Shown here: piece after piece, positions 24,991 through 37,871 of the stretch
Numbering within the stretch: position 1 is the stretch's first letter
How the letters are laid out: each line of letters opens with the position of its first letter
Assembly (NCBI GenBank): GCA_013239625.1
Contig: MU054323.1
Coordinates: 310,001 to 374,000 of the forward strand
Direction of reading: 5' to 3'
Source: Lama guanicoe
Lineage: Eukaryota
Length of the DNA: 64,000 nucleotides
The notes under the pieces: generated by a model
Seen by the model: the letters and a program-made list of their open reading frames with translations, nothing else
Databases searched by the model: none
What the model was told of the DNA's origin: nothing
Made by a program: the position numbers and the translations under genes

Positions 24991-25674
24991 AAAAATCCCT
25001 AATATAATGAAGAACTTTGAAGACCCAACAGTGGTAAGTCTGGTGATGAGTTCATAAGGACTCTTCTCTGGTTGACTTGGTAGGAAGCTAGCAGGTAACT
25101 AGGTTGGCCATTGATGAGTCCTTCATCCTAAACACTTCATGGTCTTGGGTCTTGAGGCAGGAGATCTGGATTCTAAGGCCTTGTCTCATTGTGTTACATT
25201 GTGACCTACCCACACGACTGTTTGCTTGGCTAGAATCTGTGCTTCCCCAGGGTAGGGCCATATCTTACTCCTCTTTGGATTTTTAGCATCAGATCCAGTG
25301 CCTGGAAGGCAGAAATGTCCATTCCATACATTTCAAATGGAAACTTCTGGATGCTTGTCCCTGCTCTGGGCCTCAGTTCCCCACTCTGTCCTCCTACTAA
25401 TGAGCCTGTGGCTATGGACTGTCGCTCTGTCAGCCTGCATTCTGAGCACCGGACCTCCTTACAAGGTGTGTCTGGAGTGGCTGCTTGGAACCAGGGCCCT
25501 AGACTATTCACCAGAGTGGTGTCAGAAACACTGTTAACTCTCTTGAGTCTGTCTCCCTGGAGCCACAGGCTAGTGAACCTCGTGGTGAGAGTTTCAAGAA
25601 GAAGGAGTGTCTGAGGCCGAATCCCCACGACTGGATTGGGGTGATCCCTGGCAGAGGGTGGGGACAGGAAAGGG

Positions 25675-26487
25675 CAGGGCGGGTGTAGTCTGTGGGGCCT
25701 GAGGCTTACGCAATATGGGGATCCTCTTTACAAAATCATAGAAACAAAATTAGAAATGAAAGGAAATATTTATTCAGGATAAAAGAAAAATTTAAAAATC
25801 TCATATAAAAGCACGGAACGCTGTAATTATCACAAATGCCAGAAAACCCAAGACAGTTGAGTTAACCGCCTGGGATACCTCAGTGATAACGCTTCCTTCG
25901 GTTTTTTGATTGTCTCTTCGTACGATGACAATTTTGTAATGGCCGTCTCTACAAAGAGCCTAGAAAGATAATGCAGTCTTTTCTCTAGCATGGAATGGCT
26001 AATATTTTCTTAAAAATTATTTATACTTTAGAAAAGTATCAATTTCATAATTAAAAATTTTGAAAAGGCCTCCGTCAAGTGTCTGGCATAGAAGGACTGT
26101 AGGATTTCAAGACAATCCTAGGCAGAGATGAATCTTAAATATTCTTTGAATGGACAACTTTGACAAACAAGTTTCTCCATATCCTGCGTGATGGTGTGGG
26201 TAAGTTTTACGCTGTATTTGTGCAGTCAGTATATCATAGCAATTTCCCCTTAGCTGGATTGCAAACATGCCTGTGACCAGCACACTGCCACCAGGACCCA
26301 AGGAAGGATAATCCAGAGGGCATCAGAGTGAGGGAGGCCGTGTTCTAAATCACTCACCCCTGAAAGAACTTAGTTTTTCAAGTTTTCTAAAACCAGGTGA
26401 GCCTATTGCTAAGGCTCTGGAATAAGTTGGTGGATTGAGAGTCTTGAAGCTTAAGTTTCATTAACTTTACAGAAAACCCACTTCTGC
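25675..26487 (+). mobile_element. hAT-type DNA transposon with MER53-like ends
   Basis: 5' tgtggggcctgaggcttacgcaatatggggatcctcttta and 3' tgaagcttaagtttcattaactttacagaaaacccacttctg resemble the recalled MER53 termini; AT-rich interior. Confidence 0.5.
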
Positions 26488-27125
26488 TTAGGGGAAAGAG
26501 TGACCAATGGCCAATCAATAACTTTCTTGTCAACCTTTGCTGTTCTACTTTGTGGGACAAAGGAGAAGACACAAGGCTGCCTTTCTCTTCTCACTTACTA
26601 ACCTTGAACTCCTTCCCCTCTCCCTTTCCCCTTGGTTTTTCCTTCCCACGTCTCCCTCTGTGTCTCCGCTGAGTCATTCCAGCTCTTTCCCAGCCTGGTT
26701 CCAGGTCCCATCGGGCCCTGCTCTATCTCTGTACCTCGGGGAACTCATGTTTTCTCCGCACCCCACACCCCACTCTTCTCTTTTGTCTTCGTTGAAGCAG
26801 TTTAATCTAATTTCAAGGTTTCACTCCGGCACGGCTTCCTTTGGTCCAAATGATCATTTCTCCTGCTGGCGTCCTTTCAGTAACTCACTTGTGCTCCTCC
26901 AGCTACACTTTTCATCTGTTTGCCCTTGTGGAGGGAGCAGGGATTGTCCACCAGCCACCCTTGGTCCCACGAATGCTCCCCCCCACCCCATTCATGTGTT
27001 GAACATCTATTGTGAGTGGTCTGAAGAACATCACAGCATCTTGACTCAACCAAAATGATTTTCACTTCAGTGACCAGGAACCAATTAGGATTCATCAGAC
27101 AAATATTTACAAGACAATTACTTTC

Positions 27126-27250
27126 TTTTTTGGGGGTGTGGTGGTGGTGATTAGGTTTACTTATTAATTTTTTTAAATGGAGGTACTGGGGATTGAACCC
27201 AGGACCTCGTGCATGCTAGGTATGCACTCTACCACTGAGCTATACTCCCC
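27126..27250 (-). mobile_element. tRNA-derived SINE, camelid Vic-1-like, with perfect target-site duplication
   Basis: Reverse strand GGGGAGTATAGCTCAGTGGTAGAGTGCAT...GGTCCTGGGTTCAATCCCCAGTACCTCC (Pol III A and B boxes); 16-bp TSD CAAGACAATTACTTTC at 27110-27125 and 27251-27266. Confidence 0.9.
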
Positions 27251-28272
27251 CAAGACAATTACTTTCAGATGCATCAGTTTGGATTATAATCTTACCTGTG
27301 TCCAAATAAACACTGCGATGGAGGCTTTTAAAAACTTCACGGACACTTAAAATGAGATTATAAATAATTGTAAAGGCCCGGCAACTTTGTGTCAGGGCAC
27401 TGGCCGAGCTACTGGGAGTGAGGAAGGAAACGAAGTAAAACCCAAGCCCGGATGAAAGTGTCCCCAGACATCCTTTGCGACCCTTCCCTGTGCAATTAGA
27501 AATTGATACAGCGGGGAAGACACGGTCACTTAGGAGCTTCCAGACTCCTTTAAGGCTGTTCCTCCGCTGAGGAGCGAGGAGAGGAAATGCTACCCTGTGT
27601 GCTGGGGGCCCCACGGCAGAGGGGGCCTTGGGGGGCTCAGGGCCCAGCAGGTCCAAAAGCCCCCAGCTGCAGAAAGGACCGGACCCGGCTTCTGCACGGC
27701 CACCTTCTAGCCTCTGGGCAGAAGGCGCTCAGTGGCTGCGTGGGGCTGGGAGTCAGATGGATGGGTCTTAATCCACATTCTGGTGAATTCATTCTGTGAA
27801 GCCAAGCAGACGATCAGACCTCTCTGAGTCTCACTCTCCTCGGCAGCCACAATTCTACGGTGACCCTGCCACGCTGACCCGGGCATGACATGGGGGGGGG
27901 GCAGACACCAGTCCGGTGGAATCCCTCCCCTGAAAAGCTGGGCGTCTGGACCTGGAGGAAGCAACACTCATCTTACAGATAAGAAGGAGATATTCAAGGA
28001 AAAACAATACTGAGGGAAGACGTTCCAGAAAGCAAACAAAGAACAAACAAGGGTTTGGAGCTATTAAGCTCCTCGGTTTGCACGGAAATCGTAGGTTATA
28101 TGAAGGCAGAGAATGAGGGGAAATGGAACCAATGTAGGATTGAGCTTAAAAAAAAAGAAGAATATTAGAATTCCCATGGATATCAATGCATTTTATGGAA
28201 CAAGTGATAGAATGGATATGAAAATCTTTAGAACTTATGAAATACCATGTAAATGCAAGTCACGATTGCCAG

Positions 28273-28298
28273 CACACACACACACACACACACACACA
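28273..28298. repeat. (CA)13 microsatellite
   Basis: Perfect CA run. Confidence 0.95.
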
Positions 28299-28523
28299 AT
28301 TGTGATCTACTGGTGGTGTCAGCAGAGCATTGCTATTCTTGGAAATTCCTTTATCTGTGTATTTCCCCAACTTTTTCTGGGTTAATTTCATGAATATGCT
28401 GCTTTTCAGCTAGCGTGCAGCGTCTGTCATCACAGTCCCCAGTTAGGGCCGAGGTCCCTTGTTGCTCTCCCAACACTGGGTCAGGGATGCCCTGGAAATG
28501 TGAGTGGAGGGTCAGTGTTTGTT

Positions 28524-28600
28524 TCCTGCAGGAAAGTAATCCTCCTACTGAAAGTAATTCTCTTACTGAAAGTAATCTACTTTCTCCTGCTGAAAGTAAT
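28524..28600. repeat. Short tandem repeat with GAAAGTAAT core (4 copies)
   Basis: Cores at 28532, 28550, 28568 and 28592 (spacing 18, 18, 24). Confidence 0.85.
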
Positions 28601-29844
28601 CGTGCCTTTGAAAGATCAGCTAACACAGAGATGCAAGGGGCGGTTCCCACCGGCCGTAGAGAATGGAGAATGTATCTCTGCGTTTTCCTGCGGCAGAGGG
28701 AAGGGCGTTGGGGCGGCAACTGTGAGTCTCTGCTTTGCCAGCTTTGAACAGAGACTTTTCAGCCACCCCTTGGAGATTCAGTGAGGCAATACGACTTTGA
28801 CTCAGATCTCTTACCCGCGTCATTCCATTAAGCCACACCCCATCAGATGCCCTGAATGCTGACATTTTGCCCATTTTGGTCATTTGGTTGTTTTGTAAGC
28901 AATGTAACTTCAAAGGCTCTGACTTTCTCTACCCTCCAATTTTTGGTGTTCCTGCCACCTTCTAGATGTTGCATGAGGTACGTCACACAATGACCTGCAA
29001 GGCCGTTGTGAATTTCGCTATTGGGCAGATGGGGACGCCGCATATTTGATAAGTTCACTTACCTGAGAGGATATCTCGGGCTTGAAGGCCTGAGTTCTTT
29101 TCATGACTCCTTGCTGTTCAACTAATCTGGAGAAAAACTGACCTAAAACTATGTTTTAGGTCCTACAAGGAGCAATGGTTCTGAAGGCGGGCTTTGCTTG
29201 GTGCTGCCCCCATGAACCTGGAAATCTTGTAAATGCATTTTTTAGCAAATTAAATCCTACTTTTAGTGCCTAAGGGAGCACACTATATAAAGGGAGTCTC
29301 CAGTGAATCCTTTTGTGAAGTGAGGACTTTTTCCTTCAGCTTTAACGATCTCTGTCTAATTTCTCTGCCTTCTAGACTGGAACTTGTAGACGTTATATAC
29401 TTTGCAGCTGAAGTCCTGCGAGTATTCGTCCAGCTTTTGATCCTGATTCTTTATAACATAGTAACAAGAAGGATGATTGGAAGGATGTGAAGATGCATAT
29501 TGCACTTGTGCAAATAGAAAGACTTCATTGTGAAATAATTCCGATTTTTTAGCCTGGTACCCAAGACCATTCATGCTCCGGCTCTCTTTCGAGTCTGATT
29601 TTTGATCTCTCTTACCTGATCATGTGCTTCAGCCACCAGCACCTTCCACTTTTCCAAAAGGTTGTATCTTCACCTCTCTCTCAGCCTGTGGTCACGGAGG
29701 TTCCTTCCTTTTGAGTTCTCCTCATCCCAACACTACATCTCTGAGCCAGTGTGTTTGAGAAGATGTGTACACTCACACACACCACCTCACTCACACATAC
29801 TCCCACCTACAGACGTGCCCAGACCTGGAGGATCTGAAGGATCC

Positions 29845-29895
29845 ACAGCATCCAATATATTAGCCACCAGCCTCAGTGGCTTTCTCAGTTTATGT
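29845..29895 (+). mobile_element. MER3/MER33-like hAT-Charlie fragment, 5' part
   Basis: tccaatatattagccaccagcctcagtggctttc resembles the recalled MER3/MER33 motif tccaatatggtagccactagccacatgtggcta. Confidence 0.45.
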
Positions 29896-29904
29896 CGGTT
29901 ACAT

Positions 29905-30340
29905 AAAACATCAACAGATGAATGGCTAAACAACAAGTGCCACCTGCATCAATAGAATATTATTCAACCTTAAAAAGGAAGGAAATTCTGACACATGCTG
30001 AGACATGGATGAATCTTGAAAACATGCTAAGCGAAAGAAGCCAGACACCAAGGGACAAATAGTGCACAGTTTCATTTATCTGAGTTACTTAGAAGAGGCA
30101 ATTCATATAAAGACAGAAAGTAGGACAGAGGTAGAATGGAGTAGAACAGGGATGGTGGGGCAGGGAGAATGGGAAGTTATTGTTTCAATGAGTACCAGGC
30201 TTTGTTTGTGGATGATGAAAAATTTCTGGAAATGGATAGTGGTGAATATACTTAATGCCACTGAATTGTGCACTGAAAAACGAGGAAAGTGGTCAATTTT
30301 ATGTTATACATATTTTGCTACAATAAAAATGCAAAAAATA
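29905..30340 (+). mobile_element. Old L1 (L1M-type) 3' fragment
   Basis: catcaacagatgaatgg...gaatattattcaaccttaaaaaggaaggaaattctgacacatgct...catggatgaatcttgaaaac...acttaatgccactgaattgtgcac...caataaaaa; same family of sequence as 20080-20460. Confidence 0.88.
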
Positions 30341-30344
30341 ATTT

Positions 30345-30475
30345 TCATTAAAAAAATAAAGATCAAATTTGGTTTCTCAGTCATGTTTCAGATACCCCAC
30401 AGCCGCACTGTATTGTTCAGGGCAGACAGAACATTTCCATCACCACAGAAGGTTCTAGTGAGCTGTGCCACTGCT
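30345..30475 (+). mobile_element. MER3-like hAT-Charlie fragment, 3' part
   Basis: gaacatttccatcaccacagaaggttcta matches the recalled MER3 terminal segment. Confidence 0.6.
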
Positions 30476-33289
30476 TCAGGTCCCTCTAGGCCTACCTACT
30501 TATCATTTATTTATTTATTTTAAAACATTCCTTGAAGCTCCAATCAGCTGTGATGACTCGCTCCTTGGAATTCTTGTAATAATTTGTCTTGACCCCTTTC
30601 AAGTTTTTATCAAAGAAGAATTCGTTGTATTTCAGGCAAATATGTAGTCAGTTGATTTCCTAACAAAACTGCAAGCTGGTGGAGGGCAGGGCTGAAGTTC
30701 TGGCGGCAGGATGACGGATCTGGGTGTGCTGGTCCAGCCCCGCCCTCCCTGGCCTCCCTCGGTGCTTCGCAAACTAACCACATAGGGGTCTTTGAATGAA
30801 TGGGTGAGACAGGAAGACAGACAGCCTTCTGTGTTATGGTCCGCGCTGGGAATGTAATTCTATCTTAATATTTCAGGAGCCATTAGAAGATGACATGTTT
30901 GTCTTCTCTGAATAAATTTGTATCACAGCTCTCGGGCCATAAATTAGATGTCTTCTGTGTGCTCCTCTGGGAATGAAGGGACTGTTCCCTGGGAAGTTTT
31001 GTAAATGAGATAGAAATTTGTCCTATGGATGTGTGAAGTCACCCCCAGCTCACCATTGAAGGGAGCCGCCGAGTCTTTCTTCCAAAAACAAATGGCAAAG
31101 TCACTTTGTTTTCTGTAACACAAATCCTTTTGCAGCCAATAGAGTCGTCCTCTGCTCATTATCTTGTCATTAAAGCCTCTGGCTTGATGTATTTCTCTAT
31201 AAAATAAACCTGAGACCTTATTCAGCAAGGGGGAAAATGCAAACACGGGCTTTAACCGCGTATGAAAGGGACCCAGTGTAAAAAGAGCTTTCTTTGGCCT
31301 CTCGAGTCCGATGATGAGATCTCGTGGCCAGACAACATTTTTTGACTGGTAAGAGCAGAAACGACCCTCTTGAGTTACTGTTTAGTGAATGAGGGCCTTT
31401 GTTTCCCACCGAAGAATTAAAAACCTACGGGCCTCCCCCATGCAAACAGGAATACGTTTCACACAGCGGTGTCGGGATTAAATTACTGGATCACGCAGAG
31501 ACCAGAACAATGCACACTCACGTTCCACTCACTTACCTGGCATTCCAGTGGAGACCGTTTCACCGAACACCAGAAGATTAGGGAAAGACTTTCGCTTCCT
31601 TCCCGAGTGCTCTTTCTTGGTGCCCCTCTGTTCCTTTTTTGTGTCTCTCCAAGGTGGAGCGTCAAGGAAAATTGCCTGTTTTCTACCAGTCGGTTCTGAA
31701 TTTAGGAACATAGACTCTGGAAGCTGGAAGCGGCCTCCAGTGGGTGTGGTCCAGTCCCACCATCTGGCAGTGAGGAAAGTGAGGCTGGCTGGAAAGGACT
31801 TGTCCAGGGTCACACCCGGAGTGAACGGCAAAACTGAGCCTAGAAAGTCCGCTCGTGACTCCTGGCCAGCATTTTTTCCTCCTGTAGCAACTGGCTAATT
31901 TGACATTTCTGAAACTCAAAATGCTCTTCTCCTTTAAAGTGATTCATGACACACTGTTGAGAAAAATACAACTCATGGTGAGAAATGCATGTTGCAACCT
32001 GAGTGAAGGCACGTTGGTCTGGAAATCTACTAGGTTCTGCCCTCATCCTACCATCCATTTGCTGGGTGACCCGGAAGCAGATGCTCCCATCTCTGTGCCC
32101 TCTTTTGTGCATTTGTGCACAGGGAGAACGTTGTCAGTCTCATGGGCTTATTAGGATAAAACAAGATAATAGATGGGAAAGTGTTGTAGGGAGTGGAAAG
32201 TGCTAAGTGAATGCAAAGTGTAATTATCCATGTGAAAATTGCTCTTTTGCTCAAAGTGAAATAGGGGGACATGGTGGAAAGTGTGAGGAGGTGCTCCTGA
32301 AGGAAGAATTCAGCTTATAGACAGAGCGGTTTCTTAGAGAGGAAGTCGTCATGGAGGTGGAAGGACCGTCTAGGTAGACACCCTGGAACTGAGAGCTCGG
32401 CCAATGGAAAGAGCAGTGAGGGTGAGGATGTGGCTGGAGGTGAGCTGTAAGAGAGGGCGCTGGATGGACAGGGCACCGTGAGACGAGTGTCGAATCCCGG
32501 TTCTACTGTGCACTTCACCTCTCTCTGTGCCTTGGTTGACTCCTCTGTAAAGTGGGTCCACTGACATCTGCTCTGAGATGGATCACAGCGATCTACTTAA
32601 AAGCCCTTTGTAAACTGTGGAGCAGCTTATGGAGGTGGGAGGTGACTGAGATCAGGGAGGATGGGAACCGGGCTTGCATATGGCTCAGCCAGTGAGTAGC
32701 TGTATGTGATGTTGGGCAAGGTCCTGGGCCTCAGTTTCCTAATCTCTAAGTGAAGGTACATGAAAAGATGATGTTGAGAGAGAGAAAACGAAAGCTCCCT
32801 AACTATCGTTGACCCCTTCTTTATTAAAGAGTCGGGCCGCATTCAAGGTGCAGAGCCTCTGAGTGGTGCGCAGTGTTATCCCGGGAGGGTTACGGGACGC
32901 CCTGGAGGTCCCCTCCGGCAGGACGTGTCAGGGAGCGTCTCAGCCTCTGAGCCCTCGCTTCTCTGTTCGCAGCTCAGGGAACGCTGGGAGAAGACTCCCC
33001 TTTGCGTGTGACAGAACGAACATCGCAGAATTTCAGGGCTAGAAGGAACCTCAGAGGTCATTCAGTCCAAGTGCCAGCGTGCTTGGCACCCTTCTGTGGT
33101 GTCCCTGTCAGGCAAAACATGGATGCGCCTTCCTGAGATGGTCCGTTTCATCTTTGAACAAGGACGACAAGGCAAGTTTATTTTTACTTTGGAAATCTGT
33201 CTGGAATTAACAGAATTTTCTTCATCTAGAATGGCTTCTTTATACCCCTACCTCGCAGCCCCTATATATCTACTGAAACCATTCATTCA

Positions 33290-33530
33290 ATAACAATAAT
33301 AACATTTAAGGTACTAATTACATATCCTGCATTGTCTAAGGTGTTTTGTAAATACTGATTCAAGTGATTGTCACAACAGCCCTAGGAGGGGACTGCACTG
33401 TTATAACTCCTATTTCACAGAGCAGGAACCAGAGCACAGAGAGGTTAGGTACTTGGCTAAAAGTCACACAGCTATTTATTATGCTTTGGAGTCAGGATTC
33501 CAACAAGGCAAACCAGGGGTCTTGAGCCCT
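33290..33530 (-). mobile_element. MIR SINE, near full length
   Basis: aataataacatttaaggtact...tcacaacagccctaggagg...tatttcacagagcaggaacc...cagagaggttaggtacttggctaaaagtcacacagct. Confidence 0.8.
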
Positions 33531-36500
33531 AAGGGACGCAGCCTCTCCTCCTTCTGGGATTTAAAGATGTTGGCACTTCATATGTCATTTTCAAATGGCC
33601 CACAGCACTTTCTACCTTGTATTACTGCTTTGGTTTTTGTGACTTAGCCTCCTTGGGGTCTACCAGAAGCCCCACAGCAAGCCGGGGTGTGGCCAGGCCA
33701 GGCGCAGCTTGTGGAGATACCTGTAAGAACCGCGCAGAGCTCAGCCCACCGCACAATGCTTGCCTCTCAAAGCTGCGTTGTGGTTTTCCACCGATTTCAA
33801 AGCTGTAACTCCAGGGAGGAACCCAGGGTGTTTGTAGTTTTGAGGGTTTGCTAATGACTCAAGGCTGACCCCCGGGAAGTCTGCACAGCTGAGCTCTGTG
33901 CCTTCCGCCCACCACTCAGTTTGAGAAACAGTTTTAGTTTGGCTCAGGTTTTTGGTTTATTTTGTTTTGTTCTTACCCTACTGTGTGCAAGATGACGGAT
34001 GTGTGATGACCTTGTGAAATAAAATTACACTTCTGAGGAAATTGAACATCGAGTCCCGTCAGTTGCCAAAAACAGGAGGGACGTCCAGTTTCTTCCTTTT
34101 TGCAGCCTTACACCCCACAAATGTTGTAACTCTAACACTGGACAGATCTCAGCACGTTGTTTCCTGTCTGCACACCCATCCTTCTGCCCGGGAAGCACGC
34201 TCGCCCTGGTCTCTGTGATGGAAATCCTCCCTCCCCAGACTCCTCAGAGCAAACAGCTGCCCCTCCTTGTGGACCTGGACCTGGACCTGGACCTGGATGC
34301 CGCGGGATCCCTCAGGGCTCCGTGGTTTTTCCTCTCTGGGGCCCTCCCTGGGGCCTCGCCCCGTGCACAGCTCACAGCCGGTGCTCATTTGGGTGGAACG
34401 GAATCAAATTAAACCCAATTGAAATAAATCTAATTTAGTCTTTGTTCCCCAGTTTACTCTGACGTACGACTGACTGCAGGATGGGGAGAGAGATCACTTC
34501 CTCCGCCCAAATCCGAGGCAAGTATCTTCCTCCACTCCAAAGCGCTCCCTCACTTGTCCCGGAGGCAGCCAAGAGAGGCACTCACCCGCCTGGGCCAGTG
34601 GCTGGGTTTAAGAATTCCACGCTCTCCCTCCACCTGGTTTGAGGAAGCCTTTCAGAAGGGTTGACACCAGAGAATCTCTGTTCCCCACAAGCCACTTCTC
34701 TTCTGTGCCTACAAAGGATAAAGATCTATTTGTCTCTGTGTGCATGTTACAAAACATGAATGAGGATTTAATTACAGCGGCTCATTTCCTAAAAGGAAGT
34801 CCTATTTACGATGCACCATATGTTCTGCCAGCGGCCATACCCCTGAGGGCCGGAGTGTTGTCAGATCTCCTTAGATAAGCGGGGTCGCCAGCCTGGCCTC
34901 TGTGGGACCTGGACCAGGAGGACAGGCTAAGGGTCCCCGGAAGCAGAGAGGAACGTGGAGGTGGGCTCCTGGCCAGCAGGGAGAGCTTGGACCACCGCTG
35001 ACCTGGGAGCACCAGTGAGCGACCTGGGGAGGCTGCCCGGTTTCAAAGGATGGAATCAGAGGCTCAAACAATTTGTGATGATTAAAAATCGCCTGGCTTT
35101 TTTCATCTATTAAAGTGGCTCTTGAGGGGGAGAGAATCTCTCTCTGATCCTTCCTTTCGTGGTTTGAGTTCCCCCTCCGCCACTTCTGAGCCAGTGCAGA
35201 GGGCTTCCTAGAGCTCCCAGAACCTTCCTGCGAGAGGCGAGGGCAGTGGGAGCTGGGAGGGGATCTGGCTTGGTCCTAGAGCTCATCCCCTCCTTTGACT
35301 GTTATGCTACGTCTTGTTTTATCTTTGATGGTGCCTATAGTTTCAGATGCCGGAAGCCGAGGGTGGCTCCTTCAGGACTTCTCAGCTGTGCTTTCATGCA
35401 GTTGCTGGAACCTGCTAGAACCCGACTGCACTGACGAGATTTACGACTGGGAGGCACTTCTCCCCACCCAGGCTTCCCTTTGCTTTCCAAGCTCCCTTCC
35501 CCCTTCCCAAGGTGTTCTGTTTCTCGTGCCTCCTCAATCCATATCCCTTTTTAAACTCTATCCTCAGAGAAGAGGTCACCGCCTTGTCCCCTTTCTCTTG
35601 TTCCCCGTCCCCCAACCCACCGCTGCCCTGCCTGCGCTGCTGGGATGTCAGACGTGGCAAGTTTCCCCTTTCAGCTCTAACATTCACTCGCTGTGATCTT
35701 TAAAGGGCATCCCTTCTGACCTGGGCGGGATAGTGGGCACCATACTCTCTAAAATGTCCCTTTCAGCCCTCACACTTGATCATACCACTGAGCCAGTGGT
35801 CCTGTCTTATTTTTTTTTCTTTTTTTTTAAGGTGCCCAACCTGCTCAGAGTCAGGCAAAGCCACCAGAATCAAGCAACCTCCTGAGAGGTGGAGTCAGTC
35901 TTTGGACAGAAGGGCCAGGAAGGCTCAGATGCTCTCAGACCTGGGTTTTCATTGTAGAAACGAGACAGGGGCTGAAGGAGGAAAGGTAGCCAGCTGGCGA
36001 GTGGGGAGGGCGTGTACACAGGGAAGCGTGCTCTTGTTGTGGACCCCACCATCTTCCCCGGGGGTCCTGGTCACTCTTGGAAGACAGGGGTTGACTAGTT
36101 CACTCTTCTTCGTCCTTGTGCACAAAGGAGGTGCCCAGGAACACCCAGTGAGCACCGCAGCCAGAGCCAACACAGCTCTCCTGCTGCTCCGGCCCCCACA
36201 CCCTCCCATCTCACACCCCTCAGGCCTCTGGGCAGCTTCTCTCTGCCTTCCTGATGGCTGAGACCAGGACTTGCAGGTTCCCCATTGCCAGACTATGGCC
36301 AGACCTTTCGGCCTCCCCTTCACATTATCTCCAAGGAGAAATTACCTGGGATTTAGCTCCATTTAAGAAAGCATTCTTCTAATTTCCTGGGACTTACAGC
36401 TGCATCAGGCTCTCTTCTCTACCCACTTCTGCATCTAAGGTGATGTGGGTCCAGATGCCTTGGGCTAAATAGAAACCCCTTTTACTTCTGTTACACAAGA

Positions 36501-37800
36501 ATCCAGGGCACCATGTGACCCTCTGAAGAACTGGCTGTGTTTTAAAAATATATCTTTAGCTGGAGTCAAAGGGTAAGATTTTTGTTCAACTTTTCAGCCA
36601 CGAGCAGTGGTCCTCTTCGCCTGCCCTCCTCACCCTCTCCTTCCTTTGCCATCAGTCCCTCCTCGACTTCCTCCCTCCTGTCCTCACTTTCTACCTCTTC
36701 AGCAGGGAGGCCCAGGCCGCGATTGTGAGTGCGTATGCACATGTGTGCTTGTGTGTGTCAGTGTAGGGCTGCATGTGTGAGTGCGTGTGCATGTGTGTGC
36801 CTGTGTGCGTGTCGGTGTAAGGCCGGGTGGGAGCGGGGGCCCCGTGCGAGGCGGCCATGCTGCATTTCTGCCTGCTCATTGTTCAGTCTCCGTCTCCATG
36901 GCGACGGGAGCAGCTGCTCCATTCTGGGCCTTGGCTTGGCTGAGCGGGGCGGCCCGCCTGCCTGTCTGCCCGCCCGTCCGCCTGCCCAGCCGTGGGAGCT
37001 GCCAGCTCTTCGCCCTCCCGCTGCCCACAGGCCCTGCCAGGCTGGGCGCAAGAAAGCGTGTTTACTAACACCATCCACACGGCTCCCTGGGCACCGCGGC
37101 TCTGCCCAGAAGATGTCAGGCCGAGGGCACCGGGAGGTGGGCCCGGAGCCAGACTGTCTGCAGCCCAGGGAAAACTCTCCCTGGCCGGCTGCTGCCCTGG
37201 CCTGCCAGCGCCCGGGCAAGGGGCTCCTGGCTTCCAGGCCCAGCCCCAGCCCCAGGCCCTGGTGGTGAAGAGGCCCCAGCCAGGCCCTCTCCGAAGTCTC
37301 TTGCCCATCCTACCTGGCCTTCCCCAGACCTCCTGGACATCCCTGGCCGTGGTGGCCACCCAATCCCAAGTTTTCCAGAAGGCTTCCCTGACCACTCTGC
37401 TCTTGGAGGCCTTGTCGCTGCCTTTGGCCCATGGAGCCATTGACGACCGAAGCAGTCAAGGACATAAAGAATTACAGAGCTGGAAGTGACCTCGGAGATG
37501 CCTTAGACTGATGGTCCTGTGGTGCTGATGGAGAAGATGAGGGCAGGCGTCGGGGGAGGGGAGGGCAGTGGGAAGACTTGTGGAAATCACAGAGCAAATC
37601 AAAGCAGCGTGAGGAAGGCCTTCCACCCAGGCCAGGCCCTGGCACCACGCTGTGCTGTTCGGCCCTTCTCAGGACTGGGCTCGGCCGTGGCCCGAGTTCC
37701 CTGAAGCTGTGAGCCCTTTCCTGCCCCCTTCCTCACCTTCTCTTGTCTCTCTGTCTCCCTCTTGCCCTCCCCTGCAGGTCCTCCAGGGAGGCCCAGATTC

Positions 37801-37871
37801 TGTGTGCCGTGAGTGTGTGTGTGTGTGTGAGTGTGTGTGTGTGAGAGAGCGTGTGTGTGTGTGTGTGTGTA
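37801..37871. repeat. Compound (TG)n/(AG)n microsatellite
   Basis: Interrupted TG runs. Confidence 0.9.

Noticed and set aside
27160..27250. tRNA-like sequences (also near 44.6 kb and 54.9 kb)
   Set aside because: SINE heads with AT-rich tails and TSDs, not functional tRNA genes.
28524..28600. Repeat-spacer-like pattern suggestive of CRISPR (also 46715-46806)
   Set aside because: Eukaryotic context, units too short, spacers related to each other, and no cas genes.
36729..37489. Overlapping 150-185 aa ORFs
   Set aside because: GC-rich and TG-repeat-derived with no homology evident; better explained as regulatory DNA.
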